Below are positions 1 through 13,250 of a DNA stretch of 64,000 nucleotides, in pieces. A program made the translations under genes and the position numbers. Below the pieces are notes generated by a model. The model saw only the letters and a program-made list of their open reading frames with translations. It ran no database searches and was not told the origin of the DNA. The stretch is from Eledone cirrhosa (lineage: Eukaryota), in assembly GCA_964016885.1 (NCBI GenBank), contig OZ024741.1, forward strand, positions 294,128,001 to 294,192,000, written 5' to 3'. Positions within the stretch are counted from its first letter, which is position 1; each line of letters begins with the position of its first letter.

Positions 1-130
1 CCAAAACATATTTTGTTTTTAAATGTGATACTTTTTTCACTGATCTATATGTTGTGAGACATATTCTTTATATGGGATCAACTACCCCCCCCCCCCCCCC
101 AATCTAACCCAATCCATGGTTCTTAGCTAT

Positions 131-347
131 CATCAGGCCAACACTTATCCCTGATTTCTTTGGCGCTAAGTAACTGAGAGTATAAGGCTCTCCCTGGACA
201 GGTTTAACTCTCCAGCTACTGTTGGTATTCATCTCAGCTGAGTATACTGCAGCAATGAAGTGTTTTGCTCAAGAACACAACACAGCAGCTGGTCCAGGAA
301 TCAAACCGACGACATTACAATCACACGTCAAGCATCATAACCAATTC
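131..347 (-). mobile_element. tRNA-derived SINE with CORE-like central domain (degenerate)
   Basis: Reverse strand has CTTGAGCAAAACACTTCATTGC...AGTATACTCAGCTGAGATGAATACC; the same family recurs at 5395, 42268, 48052 and 53265. Confidence 0.7.
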
Positions 348-379
348 ATGGTAGCAGGGAAATACAGATAAACAACATT

Positions 380-1010
380 GATAATGATGATGATGATGAT
401 GATAATTGTGTGTTTGTGTATAAAATACTGGTGGTGGTGGTGGTGGTAGTGGTGGTGGTAGTGTAAGGGTTGCTGATAAGTGGTGATGTTTGTGGTATAG
501 CTGATGGTGACAGTACTGGTAAATGTGATGGGGGGAAGGGGTGATGCTACAGAAGACAGTGGTGATAATGATGACAACTAATGATGATGATGCTAATGGT
601 AATAGGGATTATGGTGATGATGATGATAGTGGTGTTGGTGGTGATGATAATGATGGAGGTATTTATAACAATGAAGGTGGTAATAATGATGATGGTAGTA
701 ATGATAGTGATAATGATGGTGATGGTGATAATATTGAACACAATGAAATTTCAGACAGGCATTTATGAGACAGGGACACCTCCACACATACACATACACC
801 CCCCCACACACACACACACCTACACACCCACACGCCAACATACCCACACACAGACACACACACATACACACGCCTACACACTCCACACACCAACATACCC
901 ACACACATGCCTTCACACCCCACACACACGCCTACACACTCCACACACACCACACATACACATGAATGTATGTGCGCACATGCTAACACACACAAACACA
1001 CACATATACA
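380..1010. repeat. Low-complexity (GAT/GGT)n then (CA)n-rich tracts
   Basis: Direct reading; the ORFs here are repeat translations. Confidence 0.9.
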
Positions 1011-1376
1011 GCTGTGCTTTCTTCCTCACTGTTGATATCACAGTATGGTGGTCATTTGTGGTTTGGAAACTTGGTTGACCGTTATCTTGGTATTCTTTAA
1101 TTAAAATTTATTTTAATTAGCACTCAGTTCAATGATGTCTTTGATGAAGAATAAAACACAAACAAAAACTAAATAAGAAAACAAAACAAAACTAAAGGTG
1201 TGGTTGTACTAATTCATCTTTGAAAAGTACAATTATTTCCACAGTCTGTTGGTCAACTCTGTAATACCAATCTTCTAATGAAACTAATTCATCAATAGTT
1301 TCTTCTACACAGTAACATATGTATGGGGGATGGGAGGAGTTGACAGATTAATTACAGAAGTTTATTTACTTCAGGG

Positions 1377-4030
1377 GTGTGTGATGGATGGGGGATGTGT
1401 GTCTACTTGTGTGTGTGATGGATGAGTGGATGTGTGTGTACTTATGTGTGTGGTAGATGTGTGTGTACTTGTGTCTGATAGATGAGTGGATGTGTGTATA
1501 CTTATGTCTGATGGATGAGTGGATGTGTGTGTACTAGTGTGTGTGATGGATGAGTGGGTGTGTGTCTACTTATGTGTGTGATGGATGGGGGGATGTGTGT
1601 CTACTTGTGTGTGTGATGGATGAGTGAATGTGTGTGTACTAGTGTGTGTGATGGATGAGTGGATATGTGTCTACTCGTGTGTGTGATGGATGGGGGGATG
1701 TGTGTGTACTTATGTGTGTGATGGATGAGTGGAAGTGTGTGTACTTGTGTGTGTGATGGATGGGTAGATGTGTGTGCATCTATGTGTGTGATGGATGAGT
1801 GGATGTGTGTGTACTTGTGTGTGATGGATGAGTGGATGTGTGTGTACTTATGTATGTGATGGATGATGTGTGTGTACTTGTGTGTGATGGATGAGTGGAT
1901 GTGTGTGTACTTGTGTGTGATGGATGAGTAGATGTGTGTGTACTTGTGTGTGATGGATGAGTGGATGTGTGTGTACTTATGTATGTGATGGATGATGTGT
2001 GTGTACTTGTGTGTGATGGATGAGTGGATGTGTGTGTACTAGTGTGTGATGGATGAGTAGATGTGTGTGTACTTGTGTGTGATGGATGAGTGGATGTGTG
2101 TGTACTTATGTGTGTGATGGATGGATGTGTGTGTACTTGTGTGTGATGGATGAGTGGATGTGTGTGTACTAGTGTGTGATGGATGAGTAGATGTGTGTGT
2201 ACTTGTGTGTGATGGATGAGTGGATGTGTGTGTACTTATGTGTGTGATGGATGGATGTGTGTGTACTTGTGTGTGATAGATGAGTGGATGTGTGTATACT
2301 TATGTGTGATGGATGAGTGGATGTGTGTGTACTTATGTGTGTGATGGATGAGTAGATGTGTGTGTACTTATGTGTGTGGTAGATGTGTGTGTACTTGTAT
2401 GTGATGGATGAGTGGATGTGTGTGTACTTGTGTGTGATGGATGAGTAGATGTGTGTGTACTTGTGTGTAATGGATGAGTGGATGTGTGTGTACTTATGTA
2501 TGTGATGGATGATGTGTGTGTACTTGTGTGTGATGGATGAGTGGATGTGTGTGTACTTGTGTGTGATGGATGAGTAGATGTGTGTGTACTTGTGTGTGAT
2601 GGATGAGTGGATGTGTGTGTACTTATGTGTGTGATGGATGGATGGATGTGTGTGTACTTGTGTGTGTGACGGATGGATGTGTGTGTGTACTTATGTGTGT
2701 GATGGATGAGTGGATGTGTGTGTACTTATGTGTGTGGTTGATGTGTGTGTACTTGTGTGTGATGGATGTGTGTGTACTTGTGTGTGATAGGTGAGTGGAT
2801 GTGTGTATACTTATGTGTGTGATGGATGAGTGGATGTGTGTGTACTTATGTGTGTGATGGATGGATGGATGTGTGTGTACTTGTGTGTGTGACGGATGGA
2901 TGTGTGTGTGTACTTATGTGTGTGATGGATGAGTGGATGTGTGTGTACTTATGTGTGTGGTTGATGTGTGTGTACTTGTGTGTGATGGATGTGTGTGTAC
3001 TTGTGTGTGATAGGTGAGTGGATGTGTGTATACTTATGTGTGTGATGGATGAGTAGATGTGTGTGTACTTATGTGTGTGGTAGATGTGTGTGTACTTGTA
3101 TGTGATGGATGAGTGGATGTGTGTGTACTTATGTGTGTGATGGATGAGTAGATGTGTGTGTACTTATGTGTGTGGTAGATGTGTGTGTACTTGTATGTGA
3201 TGGATGAGTGGATGTGTGTGTACTTGTGTGTGTGATGGATGAGTGGATATGTGTGTACTTATGTGTGTGATGGAAGAGTGGATGTCATCATCATCATCAT
3301 CATCAGGTTTAGCGTCCGTGTTCCACGCTTGCATGGGTTTGGATGGGGGTTTTCCCACTTGAGGCAAGAGTGGTTGTCTTGCTCGCATAGGACTGTCTGG
3401 CGGGTTTTCTACAGTTGGATGCCCTTCCTAACACCAACCACATTTACAGTGTGGGGCTGGGAGGTTTTTACCGTGTTGCCTACACGGCCACATTTACAGC
3501 GTGGACTGTGTGTTCTTTTGTCGTGACACCTACACGATCTCATTTGTGTGTGTACTTATGTGTGTGATGGATGAGTGGATGTGTGTGTACTTGTGTGTGT
3601 GATGGATGGATGGATGTGTGTGTACTTGTGTGTGATGGGGGGGGGTCTACTTATGTGCGTGATGGATGGGTGGTTGTGTGTCTACTTATGTGTGTGATGG
3701 ATGGGTGGATGTGTGTGTACTTGTGTGTGATGAATGGGAGGATGTGTGTGCATTTATGTGTGTGGTGGATGTGTGTGTACTTGTGTGTGATGGTTGGGTA
3801 GATGTGTGTGTACTTATGTGTGTGGTAGATGTGTGTATACTTGTATGTGATGGATGGGTGGATGGGTGTGTATTTATGTGGGTGGTGGATGTGTGGATGC
3901 GTATGTATTTGTACCTGTGTGTGATGGATGGATGGATGTATGTGTGTGTGTGATGAATGTCTGTGTGTCTCATGAATGGATGTGTGTGCCTGTATCTGGG
4001 ATGGATGGCTGTGTGTGTGAGTGTGTGTAT
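1377..4030. repeat. Minisatellite, about 29-35 bp unit (GATGGATGAGTGGATGTGTGTGTACTTGTGTGT), with a 223-bp higher-order duplication
   Basis: Tandem unit visible throughout; identical ORF translations at 2603 and 2826 show an exact 223-bp period duplication. Confidence 0.95.
3286..3545 (-). mobile_element. RTE LINE 3'-end fragment inserted in the minisatellite
   Basis: (CAT)n tail followed by sequence closely matching 8590-8830 and the 3' UTR of the LINE at 13251. Confidence 0.85.
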
Positions 4031-4369
4031 GTATGTGATGGATGTGTAATATGTTGTGTAGTTAGTTTGTTGTGTTATTAGATGTGATGTGTGTTGTTAG
4101 GCTGCTTTTGTGTTGTGAGGTATTTGGTGTCTTTAGTCATGTGGTGTTGCTTGATGAGTATTAATTAGCCTCACTAATTTCCTCTTCTCTACTTCCGATG
4201 TTTAACTATTTGTTTGAAATGCTAGCCCCTAATTAACATGGCTGAGCCACTCTAAAAACAGAATTGCAATGTCTTTGAGCTTATAACAATCTAGTTTTAG
4301 TTGGATGCCAACAGCCTAAAGATTTTTTGATGTGAAGGATAACTGGAGATACACAACAAGTTTGAGGAT

Positions 4370-4534
4370 GATGATGATGGCAACAGGAGCAACAACAGCA
4401 ATAATGATCACAACACCACAGCCAGCAATAACACCACCACTTACAACAACAGCAACAACATCACCATCACCAGCAACAACACTACCAACAACAACATCAC
4501 CACCACCAACCTCACCACCACCAACAGCAACACC

Positions 4535-4566
<32 letters not shown>

Positions 4567-4600
4567 CAACACAACCATCACTAAAAGCAATACCACCACC

Positions 4601-4631
<31 letters not shown>

Positions 4632-4880
4632 CAACCATCACTAAAAGCAACACTACAACCACCACCACCAACAACAACAACAGCAACAACAACAACAACA
4701 ACAACAACACAACCATCACTAAAAGCAACACTACCACCACCAACAACCAAACAACATCACCAACACTAATGATGACAGCACCATCATCAACAACAACAAC
4801 AACAACAACAACAACAACGAAAACAACACCACCAATAACAACAACAAAAACAACACCATTACCAACAACAAGAGCAACAA
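4370..4880. repeat. (AAC/ACC)n-derived low-complexity repeat with three ACAACCATCACTAAAAGCA subunits
   Basis: Direct reading. Confidence 0.9.
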
Positions 4881-5212
4881 ACAGTAAATACAGCCTGAAG
4901 CAAAAATACCTCCCACATTTTAATGGCTGACCAGGTAAAATATGGGTGGTTTTCCTGCCACAACCTGTACACTCTTTGAAGAATTGCAACTTAGTGATAA
5001 ATTGAAATTAATGATGTTTCTGAAGAAGTTGGCTTCAACCCACAACGAGCACCATTCCTCACTTCACTGTCTCTGTTGTTCCAACTGTAGAATTTTCCTT
5101 TCACCAATTCTAAAAGATTACAATCTTATTTTGTAGTTAATCATTACTAAAAGTTCTTATTTCTTCCTCCACCAGCATCTCTCTCTCTATATATTTTTTC
5201 ATTTCATTTCAT

Positions 5213-5518
5213 TTTACGTCCGCTTTTTCCCTGCTTGCAAGGGTGAGACAGGAACTGATTCTGGCTTGATTTCTACAGCTGGATGCCCTTCCTAACACCA
5301 ACCTCATTTACACTGAGTGCTGGGTGCTTTTTTGCTGTGGCACCTCCACGGCCACTTTGCAGTGGAATGATATGGACACCAGTCCCTATCATCTCATTTC
5401 TACAGCTGAGTAAACTGGAGCAATGTGAAATAAAGTGTCTTGCTCAAGGAAACAACACATCACCCGGTCTGAGAATTGAACTCACAACCTTTCGATTGCA
5501 AGCCCAATGCTCTAACCA
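5213..5518 (-). mobile_element. RTE-tail fragment (about 5213-5365) adjoining a CORE-like SINE (about 5395-5518)
   Basis: TTCTACAGCTGGATGCCCTTCCTAACACCAACC matches the RTE 3' UTR; CAGCTGAGTAAACTGGAGCAATGTGAAATAAAGTGTCTTGCTCAAG matches the SINE family. Confidence 0.75.
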
Positions 5519-5560
5519 ATGTGTGTGTGTGTGTGTGTATATACACATATATATGTATGC

Positions 5561-5776
<216 letters not shown>

Positions 5777-5892
5777 GTATATATATATATATCGCACCCA
5801 CAAAAATGGTGTATTAAGCCAGATGACATAATTATAAATCTCATGTGTGCTCTTGTCAGGGCTTGATTAGAAATATATATATATGTATAAGT

Positions 5893-5952
<60 letters not shown>

Positions 5953-6512
5953 TATATATATATATTTATATATATATATATATTGAGCGAGAGAGAAAGA
6001 GAATGCTAAATAGACAGACGGACAAACTAATCAATAAACATCTAGCTAGCTCAACAAACAGGTAAACACACAGACACGCACACATATATATGTATATATA
6101 CATATACAGATAGATAGATAGATAGATGCGTGTAAATAGATTTATAATTGTCTCTATGACAACTTGCAAAAATATACACTAAATGAATTATAAGTGTGTT
6201 TGTAAGTTTGCAGGCATGCAAGTATGTGTATGTTTATGTGAGAATATTTGTCTGTTTATGTATGCATTTCTGTTTGTATGTGTGTAAGCGCATTTGTCTG
6301 TGTTTGTAATTATGTAGGTATGTATATGTGTGAAGACATTCATAAGAGTTTGTGAATGTATGTATGTCTGTAAGTTGTATATGCATGAAAATCTATTTGT
6401 ATGTTTTCATGATAGGATGAGAAAAAACTGGACATTGAAATAATGAATGTATGTATATATATATATACATATATACTGTAAAATCTTTTAAATTTATTGC
6501 TTGTCTATCCAT

Positions 6513-6543
<31 letters not shown>

Positions 6544-7040
6544 CCACATATGTATATATATATATAAGCTTGAGTGGTTGATTATTTTCTGAAGTGGACT
6601 GTTTAGTATTCTGTGTGAAAACAACAACAGTAACAATGCAGGGAAACCTACAAAGGATAATGAAAATATTAAGTTCATTTCTCTCTCTCTCTCTCCATCA
6701 CCCTTCCATTCTCTCTCCGTTTTTCTCCCTCACTCATACCGTCTGTCTATGTCTTATCCTCACTCACTCGCTCTTTCTCTTTTCCCCTGCCTCCCTCTTC
6801 ACTCCAATGATAGTTTAATTAAATGCTGTTCTAAACCTCATCACCTTCCATCAAACAATTTCAACAAGTTTTAAATGTGTGTGTGTGTTTGTATATGTGT
6901 TTTACACAAATGTGTGTATGTATATGTGTGTATGTATAAGTGTTTCATACAAAATACCAATCTGTTTTCTGTCTTTTTCTGTTCTGCTTGTCATATTTAT
7001 TTAGAAAAAGATTTTACGTAGCTTTTTTCTACAGTTTTGA

Positions 7041-7095
<55 letters not shown>

Positions 7096-7396
7096 AAAGT
7101 GGACTGAAAACAACAGAGCAAAGCAATACAGTACAATGAAGATATATATTAGTTTAACACTTGATATAGTAGGATCAGAGTCTTAAAGTTTTGGAAGTTA
7201 ATCCTTCATTGGGAGACAGAATTAGGATAAAAGATGAAATAGAAAGATATAAGAGAATGAGAAGAGGCAGAAACAGAATTTTTTTTTTTTTTTTTTAATA
7301 AAAGCATGTGTGTGAGCTGAGTGGACAGGGGCTAACTCTTTTTTTTTCATCATGAAATGAACCTGCTTTGGTTGATGTATAATGTTGACGTACATC

Positions 7397-7659
7397 TTCA
7401 CCCACTTATTCCTGAGAGGGTCTTGAGAGCAGAGTCTACAAACACTCCTTTCAGTGGGTCTTGTCAGAAGCAACCATTTCTAATTGATCCAGCTGGATCC
7501 CCAAGCAAGATCAGCTGAGCTCATGGATGTTATCCAACCATCTTGCTCAGGGTCTATCCCTGGGTCTCTTGCCAGTTGGTTTTGCCTATAAAATCTCTCC
7601 AGCAATTCTTTCCTCAGACATTCTAGCCACATGCCCATAGTATCAGAGCTGTGATCTCT
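7397..7659 (-). mobile_element. Expander/Rex3-like RTE LINE 3' fragment
   Basis: Homologous to 26517-26900, which encodes the Expander-type C-terminus. Confidence 0.75.
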
Positions 7660-8580
7660 TAATTAATGATTGACAAATTACAAATAACCCGAGAAAAAAA
7701 AAACTGTCCCTAAGTTGATGATGTCATTTCTAGTTACCACCTTCCTTGTTGGGTCAGAAAACCATGTCTCACACGTGTGTGATTCTGTGTCTTAATTACT
7801 CTAATCCTGTTAATTTGTTGCTATAAAATTACAGTTAATTCACCATTCTCTCTAGCTAATATGATTAAATTCGCCACAAAATGCTGGTGGTGTTTTATTA
7901 ATAGTTGATGCCATGTCAGTAATGTTAATATGTGAAATTAATATTTATTAGATTAAACGTTATTAGATTTAGGTGTCACACATTAATGTAATAATACATT
8001 GGTTAATGTTATTAAGATGTTTGCAGCTAGAAAACAGTGCAATGTTAGTTAAAGTATTATAATCATTTCTTTGTTGTTGTTGTTATTGTTGTTGCTCTTT
8101 TCCTTTTTGTTTGTTTCTCATAAAGTCTGTTTTATAGTTTGGCATCAGCAACAATATATCATATCATGATGATGATGATCATCATCATTATTTTTATGTC
8201 CACTTCCTCCATGCTTACATATGTTGGACAAGACTTTGTGAGACAGGTTTTCTAGAGCTGGGTGGGTGCATTTCCTGAGATCAATTCATATGTTATTTTA
8301 AGTGTAGCATATAGCTTTAACGCATGTTAAACTGCTAGGCTGCAGAACATGCTTTTTATATGGGCCATAAACAATCTCACTACACATGATGTATGCTACG
8401 ATTCCTACTAGCATCTTTGTCCAAATTATTTTCACCCCCAGGAGTGATTTACTCAAATTATTGTTCTATTTTATATTTTTTTTTGTTTTCGCTTTGATTC
8501 TATTTTATCAACCTCTTGATAATAATATCTTACTAATAAATTTTTTATTATAAAGACAAACAAAATAAAAGTGTATATAT

Positions 8581-9291
8581 CATCATCATTATCATCATCG
8601 TTTAACGTCCATTTTCCACGCTAGCATGGGTCTGGACGGGAATTGTCCCACTTGAGGCAAGATTAGTTGTCTTGTTCAGGACTGTCTGGCAGGTTTTCTA
8701 CGGTTGGATCCCCTTCCTAACACCAACCACGTTTACAGTGTGGACTGGGAGGTTTTTACCATGTTACCTACACGGCCACATGACAGCGTGGACTGTGTGT
8801 TTTTTTGTCGTGACACCTACATGACTTCATTTATTTAGGACTGGATGTTGTGGTATCAACATAGCTTTACATTGAAAGGGGTGGTGTAGATGGCGGTGGG
8901 GGTAGGGTTAGTGGGACGGGGGTGTATTTTGGTTAAGAGGTGCCTACTGACTGTAGGTTTCGCTTTCTTTGTACTTAGGCAAGGCGGGTCTTCTGTATTA
9001 CTATGTAGCGCCAAAGATCTCGGTCCAGTGACATTGTCTTGGAGAGGTGTAAATGTGTGAGGTCAGATTTTATCAAGTCGTCCCAGGTTTTTCTGGGTCT
9101 GCCTACTACTCCGTAGTTACCGTCTATTTTGATCGCCCAGCACTTTTTTATACAGCTGTCATCTTTCATGCGCATCACGTGACCATACCAACGTAGTCTT
9201 CTCTCAAGTAAACAGCATCTGATCCCTCTTATTCCTAATTTCTCACTTAGTTCATTTATGCTTTGCCGTTTGCAAATATATTTGCCGTTCG

Positions 9292-9295
<4 letters not shown>
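8581..9295 (-). mobile_element. 5'-truncated RTE LINE (ORF C-terminus plus 3' UTR)
   Basis: Encodes ...ELSEKLGIRGIRCCLLERRLRWYGHVMRMKDDSCIKKC...GRPRKTWDDLIKSDL; (CAT)n tail; paralogous to 13251-13850. Confidence 0.9.
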
Positions 9296-9343
<48 letters not shown>

Positions 9344-9500
9344 TATTATTTATTTAATTATATTCATACACTGAACAAAAAGCACTACTTTAGGTTTCAA
9401 GGACCATTGCTGTCCATCTCCCCAGATTGTGCACAGTGGTGCAGAATGGATGGTGAAGTGATCAAATTTATGACCTACTCATCAGGTGCTTGAAATAATG

Positions 9501-9518
9501 GTTTCTTTATTAACCACA
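9501..9518 (-). mobile_element. 18-bp extreme 5'-truncated Tx1 LINE tail flanked by 17-bp target-site duplication
   Basis: AGGTGCTTGAAATAATG at 9484-9500 and 9519-9535; TTTCTTTATTAACCACAAGG is identical to 43573-43592. Confidence 0.7.
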
Positions 9519-9692
9519 AGGTGCTTGAAATAATGTTAAGATACTGTTAAAAGTATAGCATGTTAAATGCTCCTTTTCATATCCACTGATATTTTACTAC
9601 ATTCATGCACATCCGTTTTTAACATAAATAAATAATATAATATTTCTGCTCTCTTCCGTCTACAGATATTATATTACTACACACACACACAC

Positions 9693-9783
<91 letters not shown>

Positions 9784-9804
9784 GGGTGCCGTTACAAAAA
9801 GCGT

Positions 9805-10036
9805 CCAAAAGCGCCATCCACACTGTAAAGTTGTCATGTAGGTGTCATGACAAAAGGCCCCCAATGCACAGTGTAAATGTGGTTGGCATTAGGAAGGGGA
9901 TCGAGCCATAAAAACAAAACCCAAATCAGTTCTGACTGAGCAAGACATTGTCATCTGTTCTAGCTTGTCTCAAAGAGACTACTTGTCTAACCCATGCTAG
10001 CATGGAAAAATGGAAGTTAAATAGTGATAATGATGA
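9805..10036 (+). mobile_element. RTE-tail repeat (3' UTR fragment)
   Basis: GTGGTTGGCATTAGGAAGGGGATCGAGCC...CCCATGCTAGCATGGAAAAATGGAAGTTAAA followed by a (GAT)-like tail. Confidence 0.75.
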
Positions 10037-11324
10037 TATATATATATACTTTTTAACATACTAGTTGTTAAAGATTAGTTATAACATCATTATGACCACT
10101 GTTATTGTCATCACATGTCTTGGATTGTATTTCTGTATTTTGGAACATATTAATATGTATGGGAGGAAGACTGGATACCCTGGCAATGCGCAGTATGTTG
10201 TTGGGTAGGGTAAAAAAAAAAACTGAAAATTTATCATGGAAAACTGAGGTTACAGCCACTGCACAAAGACTGAAATAAAAATAGAATGTGCCTTAGCTTT
10301 TCTCTAATTTCTTAGATAAACAATATATTATAGTGCATTGAGCTGGTCTGAGAGGTGATGAAGGCTCAGGATAGTCATAAGATCCAATCTACTTCTGTGT
10401 GTATTACTATATGAAAGTATGTGCATATGCATGTGTGCATCTTTTTTTCAATGTATGTATATATATATATGTTTTGTCAGTGTATATATTTGTAAGTGTA
10501 TCTGCATGTATTTGTAAGTCTATGCATATGCGTATCATATGTTGAAAAATGACTATTTGTAAATGTATGTAATGTTGGATGGTTGAATGTGTGTTTTTGC
10601 CACTGTGGGTATTTTCTTATATGTGTGTATGTCTGTGTGAGTATGCATTTGTGTGACTGTATCAGTAAGTGTGTATTTCCATACAAGTATTTGTCTACAT
10701 GTGTATGTATCTCTAACTACATGGATATGTATTTCTTAGCATGTGTGTTTCTATATATAAAAATATATGAATATTTATATAAATGTATGCTCACACACAC
10801 ACACACACACATACATGCATATACCAATACATACATATATATATATATATATACATATATTTCTGTGTATGTGTTATTCCCAAGTACCCAGTTAAAATTG
10901 TTAAAGTGGAGAATGTTACATATATTCTTATATGGAAGTTCTCAACAGGAATTTCTCAGATTGACTAAGATGGCAGTGATAGTGTAATCTCTGTCTTCCT
11001 TTCTCTATCACGATATAGTTATATCAGACATGTCATAAGAGCACTTTATCATTTCTCTCTTCATCCTCTTGTTCTTCTTATCTCAGTCTTTCTTCATGTT
11101 ATACAGTTTTTATTGTTGTTGCATTTTATGTTCTCTTTGTGGTTCTTTAGTGTTGAGTATGGTTTTCTTTTTTTTTTATTCATTCCATATAAATTTTATT
11201 GTACTTATGAAATTCCCAGTATGATTCTTAACATCTGAAGGAAAAACTTTATTTTATTTATTTTAAGTCTATCTATCTGAAATTTGTGAAAATTACAGCA
11301 ATCACTGCCATCAGTGTGACTACT

Positions 11325-11750
11325 AGCACAACCACCTACACTATTACCGCCACACAAACCACCAACATCGTTTCCACTACTACTGTTGCCACCATTGTCA
11401 TGAACATCACAATCACCACCACCACCACCATCTCCACTACCATCTACAACTGTTGCCACCACTGTTATGAACATCACATTCACCACCACTACCTTTGTCA
11501 ACACCAACACTCCACCACCACCATCTTCACTACCATCTACAACTGTTACCACCACTGTTATGAACATCACATTCACCACCACTACCACTGTCAGCACCAA
11601 CACTCCACCCCCACCATCTCTACAACCCTCCACCACTACCACTATTATCACCACTGTCATGAACATCACAGTCACTACCACTACCACTGTCACCATCACC
11701 ATTGCCACCATCTACCACAATCACTGTTACCACCACCATAACTGTTTCTG
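11325..11750. repeat. (ACC/ACT)-derived minisatellite with repeated CACTGTTATGAACATCACA blocks
   Basis: Four related blocks about 70-90 bp apart. Confidence 0.85.
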
Positions 11751-12298
11751 AGAACACCATTTCCATCACAACCTCCAACACCCTCAAAATACCTGTCATT
11801 ACCACTATAACCAGGAATCATATGGCTGCAAACCAAACTTCTCAACTCATCCGTGCCTGCTTCAATGTTAGCTGAGCTATTTCTGTATGACAATTTCATT
11901 TTTTGTCACTAACACAAATGTCAAGACATGCAACATAACAATTTGGCAAAGCTGTTTAATGAGATGTTGCACAATACTGCACAATGTGCACAATGCTGCA
12001 CACATAAAGGTTGCCTATTCAGCTATATCATAACACTGCTATCATCTATGTTAATATCATTCCTTAACCAGCTGTCGTTTTCTGTAAACTTCAATATCAT
12101 ACAAATGTGTGTACATAGGAAGCATGTATATCACTTACTCCTATATCTACATACACATTTATATACCCTTGTATAAATATATATATATATACACACTTAC
12201 ACAGATATATATTGTTATAATTTGGGAGGGTCATGGTGCCAATAAAATTGCATGCACCTGTTGGATTTCATTTCATTTTATTATAAACTCATAGTCGG

Positions 12299-12342
<44 letters not shown>

Positions 12343-12345
<3 letters not shown>

Positions 12346-12486
12346 TGGTTACACAACAGTTAGTTCACCATACCGAGAACAATTGTTTCACCTTAGCGGA
12401 TCCTCAGCTCGAAATTAAGAGCTGAGGATCCGCTAAGGTGAAACAATTGTTCTCAGTATGGTGAACTAACTGTTGTGTAACCACTT
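12343..12486. repeat. 68-bp inverted repeat (1 mismatch, 8-nt spacer) between (TA)n tracts; Penelope-like terminal structure
   Basis: Arms 12343-12410 and 12419-12486. Confidence 0.9.
12419..12454 (+). ncRNA. Minimal type I hammerhead ribozyme motif (mirror copy on - at 12375-12410)
   Basis: GAG CTGAGGA T-CC-GCTAA-GG-T GAAA CAATTG TT CTC: core boxes, 3-bp stem I, palindromic stem III, GUU cleavage triplet. Confidence 0.6.
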
Positions 12487-12579
12487 CTACCTAACTCATC
12501 CCATGGACTGAGTGCTCTACCACTATGGATATTACCTTCCAGTGTTCTACCACTATATATATATATATGTATATATATA

Positions 12580-13250
12580 GTAATAATAATAAATTTGAAG
12601 ACTAAAATCCAAAGAGGGCTCGATAACGATAAATATATATTAGATATATAAGAACCGTAGAGCAAATATTTATTAAAATAACAGATTAAAGTTTAAGCAA
12701 AGAATTGCTGCTTTCACCCTTAACGGGATCTTCTGAAACTAAAAAAGTCAATCTGTGAACGCAGAAGTAAATATTTCAAAAAACGTTGCAACCGGAGGAA
12801 GACAGGAAGACAATGCTTTGGTTCGTGGAAATGTTCCCTGGCAAAGAACGGAAAAAACGAAGATAATACGTTATTATTTGGTGTGGTGAAAACAATTACA
12901 TGCAAAGACAAAACCACGTTTATGGTATAAATGAAGTCGTAGACTAATATTCTCTTAGGTGGTTCATAGAGACGTTCTCTGGCAATGAACGGAAAAACCG
13001 AAGATAATACGTCATTATGTGGAGTGTGAGAACAATTACACGCAAAGACAAAACCACGTAATGGTATAAATGAAGTCGTAGACTAAAATTCTATTTAGGA
13101 AACCGAATGATTCTCGGCTTCAGAGTTAAGAATAAAGTAAATAAAATACAGAGGTAATTGAAATAAATATTACATACACGCATCCATATACGTACAGACA
13201 CAAGCATACGCAAAAAGACTCGTCATGGGTATGCAAATACAAGCACATAT
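12580..13250 (-). mobile_element. Probable non-autonomous Penelope-like element segment, possibly continuing at 16445-16691 after a nested RTE
   Basis: Begins at a (TA)n tract, carries a hammerhead motif and a diverged tandem duplication of about 126 bp (12833-12959 vs 12974-13099); similar CpG-containing sequence resumes after the LINE and ends at (TA)n. Confidence 0.4.
12690..12740 (-). ncRNA. Type I hammerhead-like motif with variant core (CAGAAGA)
   Basis: AGTTT CAGAAGA T-CCC-GTTAA-GGG-T GAAA GCA-loop-TGC TT AAACT: all three stems pair. Confidence 0.55.

Noticed and set aside
4332-4769. Thr/Pro-rich ORF resembling a mucin exon
   Set aside because: In-frame stop immediately upstream, no good splice sites, and built from (AAC/ACC)n repeats that are common throughout the window.
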